From positions 3,008,001 through 3,072,000 of the forward strand of contig CAWKDB010000010.1 of NCBI GenBank assembly GCA_963848295.1: a DNA stretch of 64,000 nt. Reading direction: 5' to 3'. Positions 12,852-27,897 of the stretch are shown one piece after another. The notes under the pieces are model-generated. The model saw only the letters and a program-made list of their open reading frames with translations. It ran no database searches and had not been told where the DNA came from. The position numbers were made by a program, and so were the translations under genes. The stretch comes from an uncultured delta proteobacterium (GTDB lineage Bacteria; Myxococcota_A; Polyangia; Haliangiales; Haliangiaceae). Position 1 is the stretch's first letter. The number at the start of each line of letters is the position of its first letter.

Positions 12852-13451
12852 TCACGAAGCCGCGATGCCCTTGGTGCGGGCTTCTTCGGCCTTGTGCTTG
12901 CGCATCGCGTCCATCACGGTCGCGGCCTTCTTGAGCTTGTCGCCGATCGTCTTTTCGTCGACCGGATACTCGGTGCGGAACACCAAGCCGTCGTCGAACA
13001 GCTGTTCGCGCGCCTCTTCGTCGTCGAGGTAGAGCGCGAGCTTCTTGCCCTTGTACGCCGACGTCCGCAGCGTCGTGATCTTCTTCTCGAGCCAGGTCAT
13101 GAGCTCGCCCATGATCGACTTGCAGAGCTTGAGGTTCTCGTCGAGACCCTCGAACAGCTCCGGGAAGCGCTCGCGGAACGCTTGCTCGTCCTCACCCTTG
13201 TCGAGCCCCTTGTGCAGCGCGAGCCGCAGCAGGACCGCGTCGTCGACGTAGCTGACGACGGCGTCGCTACGGTCGGAGACCGCGTCCTTCGGGGACACGA
13301 CGTAAATCACGACGCCGGTCGCCAGCTCGCGCACTTGGCGCGGCAGGTTCTCGTCGTCCATGGCGTCGAACGCGATCTTGAGGTCGTGAGGCAGAGAGAC
13401 CAACCAAGCACGAACGAGCTCTACGAACTTCGACTCCGCTGTAATCGTCAC
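12852..13451 (-). CDS. YkvA/DUF1232-like protein
   Basis: IYVVSPKDAV...YVDDAVLL resembles the DUF1232 YxxSPxDxIPD...DD motif. Confidence 0.7.
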   Translation of the reverse strand: MTITAESKFVELVRAWLVSLPHDLKIAFDAMDDENLPRQVRELATGVVIYVVSPKDAVSDRSDAVVSYVDDAVLLRLALHKGLDKGEDEQAFRERFPELFEGLDENLKLCKSIMGELMTWLEKKITTLRTSAYKGKKLALYLDDEEAREQLFDDGLVFRTEYPVDEKTIGDKLKKAATVMDAMRKHKAEEARTKGIAAS

Positions 13452-13577
13452 GGGATATGCCTACCCCGCGCGCGCGGGGCCTCCAAATCAAGCTTCGAGA
13501 GTGAAGCCCAAGCGAGGTGAGTACCAACCCTGCGACGGAATTACAAGTCTGGCCCGCCGTGGTACCCTCGGATCGCG

Positions 13578-15113
13578 GTGGCCAAGCGTTCACCCATCCT
13601 CGGGTACAACCACAACGTCCGCTACCGGGGGCTGGTCTTTCACGTCCAGACCGAAGACTCGGGCGTGATGAGCCCGCACCTGTTCACCCACCTGTTTCAC
13701 GGGGGGGTGATCGTCTCGACGCGCAAGCTGGTTTATGACGCAGGCTCCGGCGAGGAATCCATCAAATCGCTGATGCAGGCGCAGCACAAGGCGGTGCTCA
13801 AAGACCTGCGGCGACACAAGTTCGACGACAAGATCGACGAGTACCTGGGGACCACTCCCGGCCTGCTGCCGCGCGAGGCCGCCGAGGAGGATCTCACCGA
13901 TGACGCGATCGAAGAGGCCACCCCGCCGCCTTTGCCTCCGTCGGCCGCGTCGAGCTCGTCCAAGATTCCGACCCAGCGACCGATTCCGACCCCGCCATCG
14001 CTGCCGGCGTTCAAGCCGCCGACCGTGCCTCCACCGGCGATGCCATTCGGCAGCCCGGCCATCGACCGAGTGCCCTCACCGTCGCAGGTCCGGTTTCGCA
14101 AGACCCCCGCGGACGACGCGACAATCCCAGACGTCGGCGGCGCGGTGGCCGAAGCGATGGCGATGGGCGCGGCGACGATTCCGACCGCGATGCCGGCCAT
14201 GGCGCGCGCGCCGACTCCGCCGCGGGTCTCCGCGCCGTCGCGAACGAGCGGGGGCGCCGTTCAACGGCCCAGCCTCGATGACGACGAGGCACGCGGTCGG
14301 TCCCCGCGCGATACCGCGGTCGAGCCGATGATGCTCGACGACAACACGCGGCCTACATCGGCGAGCGATGGGATCCCGCGCGCCGCGTCCGACCCGGCGC
14401 AACCCGGCGTGCCGGGCGAGCTGCGCAACCGGCCGGCCACTGCGGATCAATCGCGTCCGAACGCCGCGCTCGCCGCCGGCGCCCTGCCCGCCGCTCGCCC
14501 GGTGACCCGCCCGCCGTCGCGTCCTGCGATCGTGGCGCCGACCGTGATGTCGCGGCCGCTGCCCGCTGAAGAGCGCCGTCGGCCCGAGAGCGATGCGATC
14601 GAAGTCTATGCACCGGCACCGGCCGGCGTCGATCCGCCGCCGGGTGAGCGCACCGAACGGCCGGGCCAGTACTCGGTGCGCAAGGGTGGGGCGTCGGCGG
14701 ATGTGCCGATGCGCGAGCGCACCGGCCGGATCTCGGCGCTCCCGAGTAATCGTGTGCCGACCGGTGGTGCGACGTCCGATTCGAGCGGTGCGCGAGTCGC
14801 CGCCCCGGTCGCGAAGGAACCATCGGCCGAGATCAAAGCGACGCGCGCACCGACGCCGTCGCGGGTCGCGCCGCACGCGACGACGCCGATCGCGAGCCGC
14901 ACCGGAACCGGCCAAGGCGCACCGGGGAGCGGCGGCGTCGTGATGACGCGCCCGGCGGTGATCGTCGGTGCGCCGCAGCGGCCGTCGCAACCGCCCCGGG
15001 TGCGCAAGGCGCGCGAAGACGAAGGCCGCGGTTTCGGTCAGGGCTTGATCTCGGAGAAGTCGCTCGACGAGGTCATCCTCGCCTACCTGTCCGAAGACGC
15101 CGAAGAGAAGTGA
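13578..15113 (+). CDS. Hypothetical protein: globular N-domain, long Pro-rich linker, short C-terminal helix motif
   Basis: GYNHNVRYRGLVFHVQTEDSG at the N-terminus; FGQGLISEKSLDEVILAYL at the C-terminus. Confidence 0.8.
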   Translation: MAKRSPILGYNHNVRYRGLVFHVQTEDSGVMSPHLFTHLFHGGVIVSTRKLVYDAGSGEESIKSLMQAQHKAVLKDLRRHKFDDKIDEYLGTTPGLLPREAAEEDLTDDAIEEATPPPLPPSAASSSSKIPTQRPIPTPPSLPAFKPPTVPPPAMPFGSPAIDRVPSPSQVRFRKTPADDATIPDVGGAVAEAMAMGAATIPTAMPAMARAPTPPRVSAPSRTSGGAVQRPSLDDDEARGRSPRDTAVEPMMLDDNTRPTSASDGIPRAASDPAQPGVPGELRNRPATADQSRPNAALAAGALPAARPVTRPPSRPAIVAPTVMSRPLPAEERRRPESDAIEVYAPAPAGVDPPPGERTERPGQYSVRKGGASADVPMRERTGRISALPSNRVPTGGATSDSSGARVAAPVAKEPSAEIKATRAPTPSRVAPHATTPIASRTGTGQGAPGSGGVVMTRPAVIVGAPQRPSQPPRVRKAREDEGRGFGQGLISEKSLDEVILAYLSEDAEEK

Positions 15114-15373
15114 CCGTGGCCGCCGAGGTCAAGATCTACACGCGCAAGTGGTGCGGCTACTGCACCGCCGCGCTCGGTCTGTTGCGCGGTAAGCAGGTCG
15201 CGTTCGAGGAGATCGATTGCACCGGCGACGACGTCAAGCGGCGCTGGCTCGCCGAAGCGAGCGGACAATCGACGGTGCCGCAGATCTTTATCGACGGGTC
15301 GCCGGTCGGCGGGTTTTCGGAGCTGCAGGCGCTCGATCACTCGGGGAAGCTCGACGAGCTGCTGCGGCATTGA
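15110..15373 (+). CDS. grxC: Glutaredoxin (Grx3-like)
   Basis: CGYC active site, TVPQIFI, GGFSEL. Confidence 0.9.
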   Translation: MTVAAEVKIYTRKWCGYCTAALGLLRGKQVAFEEIDCTGDDVKRRWLAEASGQSTVPQIFIDGSPVGGFSELQALDHSGKLDELLRH

Positions 15374-15725
15374 TCGCGAGCTGCTTCGGTGCGATCGCGC
15401 GATAGCTCTCGTCGATCCACTCGCACAGCAGCTCGACCGGCGGCGCGTCCTTCGCGTCGAACGCGGCGCTGACCCAACCCGCTTTGCCGAGGCCGTAGCC
15501 GGTCGGTTGTGCGAACGGTAGCAACAGCGCGACGCCGTGCGACTGCGGCAGCTTCGCGCTCAGCGATAGCTTGTCCGGGTCCGAGTACATGAACAAGAAC
15601 ACTTTGCCCTTCACCTTGATCGCGCGCTCGCCCCACGGGAAGTGCTCGGTCGCTTCGGGCTTCGCCATCGCGTACTTGCGCAGCGCGGTCTCGATCGTGG
15701 CGTGGGCGGTCTTGGACTTGGGCAT
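15288..15725 (-). CDS. MmcQ/YjbR family protein
   Basis: [21 protein letters not shown]...[10 protein letters not shown]...[12 protein letters not shown]; 3' end overlaps grxC by 86 nt. Confidence 0.85.
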   Translation of the reverse strand: MPKSKTAHATIETALRKYAMAKPEATEHFPWGERAIKVKGKVFLFMYSDPDKLSLSAKLPQSHGVALLLPFAQPTGYGLGKAGWVSAAFDAKDAPPVELLCEWIDESYRAIAPKQLAINAAAARRASPSDRAPAAPKTRRPATRR

Positions 15726-15730
15726 TGCGG

Positions 15731-16650
15731 CTATTCTTCCTCGGGCTCGGGCTGATCGACCTCGGGATGGTCTTTGCGATACTGCGTCATCCACTCGGCG
15801 AGCTTGGGCATCGACACGTCGAGGCGGTGCGAGCCTTCGCGCTCGCGCGCTTGCCGCCACGAGAACAACGCCTCGTCGGCATCGCCGCGGTTGGCGTAGG
15901 CCCACGCGCACAGCAGCAACAGATCGGCGCCGGCGGTCATGCCGAGGCCTTTGCGCCGGCGATCGTCGAGCTCACCGTCGTCGAGCGCGAGCTTGCCTTC
16001 GGCGACGCCGAGGTGCATCTGCGCGATCCAGTACGACAGCTTCAACACCTCGCCGGTCGGCATCGGCGTACGCGCCTCGAGCACGGCGCGCGCTTCCTTG
16101 AGCCGGCCGAGGGCGACGAGCAGGTTGATCTCGGTGTAATAGGAAAACTGGTGCTGGATCAGGCGCGGTGATAGCCGCGCGCGCGCCCGGCGCACGCGAT
16201 CGAGCGCGACCTCGGGCTTGCCGTCTAGCAGATCCGCGATCGCGACGCGGAGGTCGGCGAGCGCACGCACGCGACCGGGCACCCACCACGCGCGCGTGAT
16301 CGGCTCGGCGAGCGCCCGCCCGCCGGCGGAGTCACCGCGCGACAACGCGACGCTCGCTTCGTTGACCTTGCGCACCGAGCGGCCGGTCCCGACGAACCGC
16401 CCGGCGAGCACGAGGTAGAACGGCACGAGCACCGGGAACGACGTCGCCGCGAGCGTGAACCCGGCCGCGAACATCGTGCCGATCGTCGCGTAGGCGAACA
16501 GCTGGCGATTGCGCACGCTCGACGGGTGCTTGACCTCACCGTCGCGTCCGACATAGACGAGCTGGCCTTTGCCGGCGCGATCGAGGTCGGTCGCGATCAT
16601 CGGCCGGGCCTGAACCAGCGCGAGCTCGTCTTTCCCGGACCCGTCCCCCA

Positions 16651-16651
<1 letters not shown>
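15731..16651 (-). CDS. Hypothetical membrane protein with TPR-like helical C-terminus
   Basis: ATG overlaps the cysS stop (TGATG); two hydrophobic helices, then helical repeats. Confidence 0.7.
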
Positions 16652-18162
<1,511 letters not shown>

Positions 18163-18179
18163 CGCTCTGGGTTGTAGCA

Positions 18180-21100
18180 CTACCGCCAGGTCAGCGCGGA
18201 CGGTCCGAGGTCGGCGCTCGCGTTCGTCAGCTGATCGAGCCACGCTCGGGTCTCGGCCGCGGTCGCCGGCAGCGCGAGGTTCCATACGAAGAAGCTCGTG
18301 TCGACCTGGGCGGCGATCTTCGTGCCATCGCGCGAGATCCGCACGGCGGAGGTGTGGAGCTGGCGATCGTCCGGGATGAACGGCCAGTGGGTCCCCGAGA
18401 TCAGGTCGAAGAGGCCGACGCCCCGGCCGGTGGGGAAGGCGGCGAGCCCGCGCTGGGGCGAGCTGATGACGTTCCGCGTGCCCGCCGGGATGCACGCGCT
18501 CGGCGGCGAGCTCCCGTCCGCCGGCATCAGATAAGCCGCACCGTCGACCGTGGTGATGATCAGCTCGCGTTCCGGGTCGAGGGTCAACACCGAGGCCACC
18601 AACGTCGGCAAGGTCGCGAGCGTCGTCACCCGGCCATCGCGTTCCCAGCGCAGCGCGCGCTTGCCATCCGGTACCAGCACCGCCCCGTTGTTGTCGAGGT
18701 CGAGCTCGATGTTGGTCGCGGCCGGTTCGAGCCGCGTCGTCTCGACCGCGTTCGTCGTGCGGTCGAGGCGCCACAGCGTTCCGTCGGCGTACGCCGCCGC
18801 GACGCGATCGCCGCGCAGCGCGATCGCGATCGGCACCGCCTTGCTCGCGTACAACGTGGTCGAAGCACCATCGGCGAGCGAATACGCGATGATCTGGCCG
18901 GCGCCGTTGGCGTATGCCAGCCACGTTTCACCCATCACGGCGAGGTGCGCGTCGCTCGCGATCTTCGTCGCGCGGCCGCCGCCGCGGTGGAACACGTACA
19001 GCGCCGAGTCGGCCGACAGAATGTATCCGCTATCGCCGCGCACCGCTTGGTCGGCGTCGCCGACCGGCGTGAGGCGACCGAGATCGATCGACGCGAACCT
19101 CTTGGTGTCGGTATCGAGCCAGCTCCACTCACCGCGCAACGGCCCGACAAAATCGTGATCGCCGGCATCGGCCTCCACCGAGAACCCGGGATACACCGCG
19201 GTGTCCGGGAACATCGCCGCGAGGTCATATGCGAAGACGCGTCCCGTCGACGCCGCGAGCACGTAGCGGCCGCCGCGCGCGCTCAGGCGGTCGATCCGCT
19301 CGGCCGGAAGCACGATGTTGATCGCGTGGAACAGGTCGACGACGCGCAGCACGTTGCCGCTCGACCCCACGACATTTCCCGCATACCCCGCAACGATGTC
19401 AAGATTGGCGACCGGGTCGGTAAGTCGCGTGACCATTCGCCCGTCGGCATACGCGATCAGTCCCGCATCCCCGATGACGAACAGGACACCGCTGGACGCG
19501 AACACCGGGGCGTTGAACCGCGCCGGACTCGCGATCCACCTCACCGGCGCATTCGCTGCCGTGGTCGCGACGATCGCGACCTTGTTCGCGGCACCTAACG
19601 CGACGGCATCCGACGAAGGAGCCCAGGCCGAGATCCCGAGCACACCGCTCACGACGCGCCGCGGTGAAGCCAGCGCATCGACGTCGGCGAGCCACGCACC
19701 AACGCTGTCGATCAGTAACACGTGCGCGTGGTCGGGCGAGATCGTGATCCGCCACGTGCCGTTCGCGGCCGCGACGCGCTCGTCGGTGCCGGTCGCGAGA
19801 TCGAGTCGATACACCTCGGTCGCGCTGGCCCACCACATGTAGCGCGCGGTCGCGTCTAGCGCCTTGATCGGCTCGGGCACGTCGAACGTGCGGCTCGAGC
19901 GATCCGCGAGGTTCACGACCGTCACACGACTCGGTCCAGACACCAGCAAGTGGTCGTCACCCGCGAAGATCACGCTGCTGTAGACATAGGGACCGAGCTT
20001 GGTCGCGTGGTGAGTCGCGAGCTCGTACACCCACACGTCGCCGGTCAAGCCCATCGCGACGGCGCGCGACCCCGACGGCGACATCACGAGCTCTGCCACG
20101 TGGGCCGGGCCCTCGTAGCCCCACGCGACGCCGTCGACATTCGCTTCGGCGACGACCGCGCGCGCCTGACGCCACCACTTGTTCCAGCGCTCCGGCGAAG
20201 TCGCGATCTGCTTGATCATCGCGACCGCCGCGGTCGGGCTCGTGCGCGCGAGCTGTTGCGCCTGATAGATGAGCAGCTGATCGGCGCGGTCGCGCTCCGC
20301 TGAGCGTGCTTGCTCGGCGTCGTGCATGCCACGCGTCGCGCGCGCAGCCTCGGCATCTGCTCGATCGCGTTCGTCGATCACCCGGCCGATCGCGATCCAC
20401 GAGCCGATCGCGATCGCGGCGAGCGCGAGCCCCGCGATCGCGACCGCCGCGCGATGCCGCCGGACGAGCCGCATGAACCGCTCGCGGCGAGAATAGCGAT
20501 GCGCGCCGACGAGCTGGCCGGCGAGAAAATGCTCGAGGTCCTCGGCGAGTGCCGCGGCATCGCGGTACCGCACGCTTTGATCGTACGCGAGCGCTTTGTC
20601 GACGATGGTCGCGAGCTCGGCGGGGACGCCGGGGACGAGCCGGCCGAGTGGCTCCGGCGGGCCGCGCTCGGCCGCGATCAGCGTCTCGTCGCTAGAGCCC
20701 GTCGAATGGGGCGGCTTGCGAGCGAGCGTGTAGTACAGCGTCGCGCCGAGCGCGTAGACGTCGCTGCCTGCATCGACCGGCTCGCCGCGGATCTGCTCCG
20801 GCGGCATGAAGCCCGGCGTGCCGAACACCGTGCCGATCCGCGTGCGGAGCGAATCGCCGGCGACCGGTGGACCGGCCTCGGCGACGTCGGCTTCGTCGGG
20901 CTCGCCCACGACCTTCGCGAGCCCCCAATCGATCACGACGGTCTCGCCGAGATCGCCGATCAAGATGTTCGTCGGCTTGATGTCGCGATGGATGACGCCC
21001 CGGCGATGCGCGTGCGCGATCGCATTCGCGGTCGCGACGAGGTTCGGCAGCAGCGCGAGCCGCTTCGCGAGCGTATCGGCCTCGAGCACGAGCTCTTCGA

Positions 21101-21461
21101 GCGGCCGGCCGGAGACCTTGCGCATGACGTAGAACGGCGAGCCGTTCGCCGACTCGCCGGCGTCGTGGATCGGCACGATCGACGGATGCTCGAGCCGCGC
21201 GGTGATCCGGATCTCGCGGCGAAATCTGCGGAGCGCATCGTCGCTATCGGCGAGCGCTTCCTTGACCGCCACGGTGCGGCCGAGCTTCGTGTCGAACGCC
21301 TCGACCACTCGCCCCATGCCGCCGCGCGCGATCTCGCAGCCGACCTCGTAGCGCTCGGGCGGCGCGCTCGCGGGCCTCTCGGGCTCGGCCTCGGGGCGGC
21401 TGCCTCGGCCACGATCGACCACCGTCGGCAACGATGGATCGGATTCCTTCGGGCCCGCCAC
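18180..21461 (-). CDS. Hanks-type Ser/Thr protein kinase with TM helix and beta-propeller-like C-terminus
   Basis: [43 protein letters not shown]. Confidence 0.93.
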   Translation of the reverse strand: MAGPKESDPSLPTVVDRGRGSRPEAEPERPASAPPERYEVGCEIARGGMGRVVEAFDTKLGRTVAVKEALADSDDALRRFRREIRITARLEHPSIVPIHDAGESANGSPFYVMRKVSGRPLEELVLEADTLAKRLALLPNLVATANAIAHAHRRGVIHRDIKPTNILIGDLGETVVIDWGLAKVVGEPDEADVAEAGPPVAGDSLRTRIGTVFGTPGFMPPEQIRGEPVDAGSDVYALGATLYYTLARKPPHSTGSSDETLIAAERGPPEPLGRLVPGVPAELATIVDKALAYDQSVRYRDAAALAEDLEHFLAGQLVGAHRYSRRERFMRLVRRHRAAVAIAGLALAAIAIGSWIAIGRVIDERDRADAEAARATRGMHDAEQARSAERDRADQLLIYQAQQLARTSPTAAVAMIKQIATSPERWNKWWRQARAVVAEANVDGVAWGYEGPAHVAELVMSPSGSRAVAMGLTGDVWVYELATHHATKLGPYVYSSVIFAGDDHLLVSGPSRVTVVNLADRSSRTFDVPEPIKALDATARYMWWASATEVYRLDLATGTDERVAAANGTWRITISPDHAHVLLIDSVGAWLADVDALASPRRVVSGVLGISAWAPSSDAVALGAANKVAIVATTAANAPVRWIASPARFNAPVFASSGVLFVIGDAGLIAYADGRMVTRLTDPVANLDIVAGYAGNVVGSSGNVLRVVDLFHAINIVLPAERIDRLSARGGRYVLAASTGRVFAYDLAAMFPDTAVYPGFSVEADAGDHDFVGPLRGEWSWLDTDTKRFASIDLGRLTPVGDADQAVRGDSGYILSADSALYVFHRGGGRATKIASDAHLAVMGETWLAYANGAGQIIAYSLADGASTTLYASKAVPIAIALRGDRVAAAYADGTLWRLDRTTNAVETTRLEPAATNIELDLDNNGAVLVPDGKRALRWERDGRVTTLATLPTLVASVLTLDPERELIITTVDGAAYLMPADGSSPPSACIPAGTRNVISSPQRGLAAFPTGRGVGLFDLISGTHWPFIPDDRQLHTSAVRISRDGTKIAAQVDTSFFVWNLALPATAAETRAWLDQLTNASADLGPSALTWR

Positions 21462-21470
21462 CCGGCGATC

Positions 21471-24812
<3,342 letters not shown>

Positions 24813-24918
24813 GCGCCGAGTATAGCGTCCCTGTCGACGTCGACAGAGAACGTCGACCTGAACATCAACGTGAACGCCGGCCTTGACGTTGACGTCTCAT
24901 GATCGCGGCGGCGTGGCG

Positions 24919-25012
24919 AGCTCTGCATGCCACGAGCGAGTGCGTCTTGTCGTAGGCTTCGCAGATCAGGTGCGAGTAGTTGCGTTGGACGCGCGATACG
25001 GAAGCCGAGTTC
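24919..25012 (-). pseudogene. Relic of a RAYT/Y1 (HUH) transposase
   Basis: Frameshifted ELGFRI..VQRNYSHLICEAYD..ALARGMQS, matching QLGLRI...VQRDHLHLICEADNNTALARGMQS at about 32587-32690. Confidence 0.75.
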
Positions 25013-25070
25013 CGCTAGTACCGGGTGCACGTTCCGCCGTACGCGGCCACTCGGTCGTTTTCGAATAGAC

Positions 25071-25259
25071 TCAGCCGACACCCTGATCCGCGTCAGCTGC
25101 CGTCGATGTGTCGCGCACCGTCGATGCGTCGACGGTACGACCGGAGACTTCGCACACGCCATTTCGCAGCTTCGTACCAACGCCGCACCTCGTAGGCTCT
25201 GGCTTAGAGCAACCGAGAACCGCACACACAGTCGCCACTACGCCGCCCACCGTTCGCAT
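25071..25259 (-). CDS. Small Cys-containing putative lipoprotein (62 aa)
   Basis: VCAVLGC lipobox-like; CGVGTKLRNGVC. Confidence 0.4.
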   Translation of the reverse strand: MRTVGGVVATVCAVLGCSKPEPTRCGVGTKLRNGVCEVSGRTVDASTVRDTSTAADADQGVG

Positions 25260-25378
25260 GCGAAAGCAATTCTCGCATGCCTACCGAATCGTGAGCGGCA
25301 AGAAACGCCTGAAACAAGGAAGACGATAGGCCGTCAAGGTCGGCGTTCACGTTCACGTTCACGTTCACCTCGACGTGA

Positions 25379-26482
25379 TCACGCGCGGGTCGGCAGCAGG
25401 TCGCGCTTGACCGCGCGGACCAGGACCCACGCGAACACGAGCCCGATCACCGCGAGCGCGATCGTGATCGGCAAGACGTACCAGTACTGCGCCGGGCGCT
25501 CGTCGGTCATCACCGCGTACGCGTTGCTCGGGATGTCGCGCGCGACGTAGACGCCGATGACATCGAGCTCGGCATCGGGCAGCGTCTTGCCGTCGACGGT
25601 GAACCCGGTCGGAGGCGATGAGCGCAGCGCGCCCCACGTCGTCTCGTGATGTCGGGTGACCGGCTCGACGCGCGCGCCCCATAGCTTCGCGGCTTCGAGC
25701 TTCGACGTGATCGTCGCGACGGCGTCCGGCGCCTCGACCGAGAGGACGATCTGCATCTTGTCGGACGCGGGCTCGCCTTTCGGCGTGACATCGATGGCAG
25801 CGAGCGCGGTCAGCCAGGCGTGAACGTCGGGGTAGTGATCGTCGAACGTCGCGATCACCGTCGCGGCGTCGGGATCGACGACGTCGAACGCGACCTGGTC
25901 GGCGTCGGCGACCGCCACCCGATCGCCGGTGACCGTCGTGATCGTGCCGCCGGCGAGCGCCGAGCGCACCGCGCGCGCGGTCGCGAACACCGGGCGCGGA
26001 TGGGCCGCGGCGTATTCGTCGAGCGCGTCGGAGATCGCGACCGACGACAGCTTGCGCAGGCGACCGGTGTAGCCGTTGATCTGCGGCTCGCCCCAGCCGT
26101 CGCCCGACATCACGAGCCACAGCCGATCGCCGGTGCCGCGCGCCGGAGCGACGCGCAAGCCCATGCTGCCTTTCGCCGAGGCGATGCGGACCGCATGCGC
26201 GAGCAGCGGCTCGGCATCGAGGGTGACGAATTGATCGGTCGCGACCGCGCCGGCGAGCACGTCGGATACGGTGACCTGCTTCGGGTGCTCGCTCGAACCG
26301 CCGAACCGGCGATCGGGCGCGAGTCGCCACAGAAACACCGCGCACAGGAACACGAGCCCGGCCGAGGTGATGACGCCGATCTTGGGCCGCGCTCGGGCGA
26401 GCTTGATCAGATCCGGATCGAGCGCGTTCTTCGCGATCGGCGCGCCCGGATCACGGGGCTCCTTCTGGTCCAGGTCAGCCAT
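25379..26482 (-). CDS. Hypothetical membrane protein (N- and C-terminal TM helices)
   Basis: Long ORF with strong coding bias; ATG 26482 chosen as start. Confidence 0.7.
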   Translation of the reverse strand: MADLDQKEPRDPGAPIAKNALDPDLIKLARARPKIGVITSAGLVFLCAVFLWRLAPDRRFGGSSEHPKQVTVSDVLAGAVATDQFVTLDAEPLLAHAVRIASAKGSMGLRVAPARGTGDRLWLVMSGDGWGEPQINGYTGRLRKLSSVAISDALDEYAAAHPRPVFATARAVRSALAGGTITTVTGDRVAVADADQVAFDVVDPDAATVIATFDDHYPDVHAWLTALAAIDVTPKGEPASDKMQIVLSVEAPDAVATITSKLEAAKLWGARVEPVTRHHETTWGALRSSPPTGFTVDGKTLPDAELDVIGVYVARDIPSNAYAVMTDERPAQYWYVLPITIALAVIGLVFAWVLVRAVKRDLLPTRA

Positions 26483-26553
26483 GACGGAGGCGATTTGCAT
26501 CCTACCGTCGATATCGACACCGCGCCACCCGGGTCGGTTGCGGCTAACTGGCC

Positions 26554-27897
26554 ATGTCGTTACGGTTGGCTGTGGCAACGCCGAATCTGCCGATATCGAG
26601 CCGCGAGCGCCCGCTTGCGGTGGGCGACATCGTGCGGTGGGCGGGTCGCACGGTCGACGCGCTCGGGCTGGTGTGGCTCGAGGGCGAGGTCGCGCAGGTG
26701 TCGCGACCTGCGTCCGGCCACGTGTATTTCTCGGTGCAAGATCGCGGCGCCGTGCTACCGGCGGTGATGTGGGGGCGCGACGCGACCCGCATGCGGTTCA
26801 AGATCGAAGCGGGACAGCGGCTGCGCGTCCGCGGCCGGCTCGGGGTCTACGAGCGCGACGGCAAGCTGCAGCTGTACGCAGATTTCGCCGAGCCCGCGGG
26901 CGCCGGCGCCGAGGCCGCCGCGCTCGAAGCGTTGAAGCAGAGGCTCGCGGCCGAAGGCATGTTCGCGCTCGACAAGAAGCGCAAGCTGCCGCGGTTTCCG
27001 CGCTGGATCGGCGTGGTGACGTCGAAGCACGGCGCTGCGGTGCACGACATCATCCGCACGGTCCAGCGCCGGTTCGCGACGCCGATCCTGATCGCCGATT
27101 GCGCGGTGCAGGGGCCGACCGCGCCGGCCCAGATCGTCAACGGGCTCGCGATGGTGGTGCGCGCCGGGGTCGACGTCGTGATCGTCGGTCGCGGGGGCGG
27201 CGCGGCGAACGACCTGTCGGCGTTCAACCACGAGCGCGTCGTGCGCACGATCTCGCGTTGCCCGGTGCCGGTGATCAGCGCGGTCGGTCACGAAGTCGAT
27301 CTGTCGCTCGCCGATCTCGCGGCCGATGCTCGCGCGTCGACGCCGACCGCGGCGGCCGAGCTGTGCGTGCCCGACGGCATCGCGCTCGGCGAGATGCTCG
27401 GTAAAGAGCGTCGCCGCCTCGATCGCGAGATCCGCCACGTGATCTCGCGCGCGCACCAAGATCTCGATCGCGGCACGATGACGCTGCACGCTCGCGGCGA
27501 ACGCGCGCTCGCGGCGACGCGCATGCAGCTCCAGACGCTGCAGCATCGACTCGCCGCCTTGCATCCGCGCGCGCAGCTCGCCCGCGGTCGGCGCGACTAC
27601 GACGCGCTCGTTGCTCGCCGCGACACCGCGATCCGCCAGCTGTTGGAGGCGCGGCGTTCGGAGCTCGGCCAGCTCGGCGCCCAGCTCGCGGCGATGTCGC
27701 CGCTCGCGGTGCTCGATCGCGGCTATGCGGTCGTTCATCGCGGTGACGCGGTCGTGCGCTCGGCCGACGAGGTCGGCGCCGGCGATCGGCTGCGCGTCCG
27801 GCTCGCCCGCGGCGAGCTCGCGGTCGTGGTCGACGGTGCGGGCGAGGCCGCCGCCGGAGGGCCGCGCGGTTCGATCGACGGAGAGCGCGAGCCGTGA
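26554..27897 (+). CDS. xseA: Exodeoxyribonuclease VII large subunit
   Basis: VWLEGEV, SGHVYF, GRGGG, SAVGHEVD, TPTAAAE, LDRGYA. Confidence 0.96.
   Translation: MSLRLAVATPNLPISSRERPLAVGDIVRWAGRTVDALGLVWLEGEVAQVSRPASGHVYFSVQDRGAVLPAVMWGRDATRMRFKIEAGQRLRVRGRLGVYERDGKLQLYADFAEPAGAGAEAAALEALKQRLAAEGMFALDKKRKLPRFPRWIGVVTSKHGAAVHDIIRTVQRRFATPILIADCAVQGPTAPAQIVNGLAMVVRAGVDVVIVGRGGGAANDLSAFNHERVVRTISRCPVPVISAVGHEVDLSLADLAADARASTPTAAAELCVPDGIALGEMLGKERRRLDREIRHVISRAHQDLDRGTMTLHARGERALAATRMQLQTLQHRLAALHPRAQLARGRRDYDALVARRDTAIRQLLEARRSELGQLGAQLAAMSPLAVLDRGYAVVHRGDAVVRSADEVGAGDRLRVRLARGELAVVVDGAGEAAAGGPRGSIDGEREP

Larger units (their letters stand above)
24850..25376. mobile_element. Cassette bounded by hexamer-unit inverted repeats (REP/REPIN-like)
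   Basis: 24867-24888 AACGTGAACGCCGGCCTTGACG is the reverse complement of 25332-25353 at 21/22; both arms extend into GTNNAC hexamer tracts. Confidence 0.6.

Noticed and set aside
15288..15373. Convergent 3' overlaps (grxC/MmcQ 86 nt; NmrA/TetR 74 nt at 34694-34767)
   Set aside because: The overlapping tails are low-complexity extensions, common after stop-codon loss in GC-rich genomes. No evidence of function.
26554..27897. xseA without adjacent xseB, and rsmH without visible mraZ
   Set aside because: xseB is often unlinked, and mraZ would lie beyond the right edge of the window.
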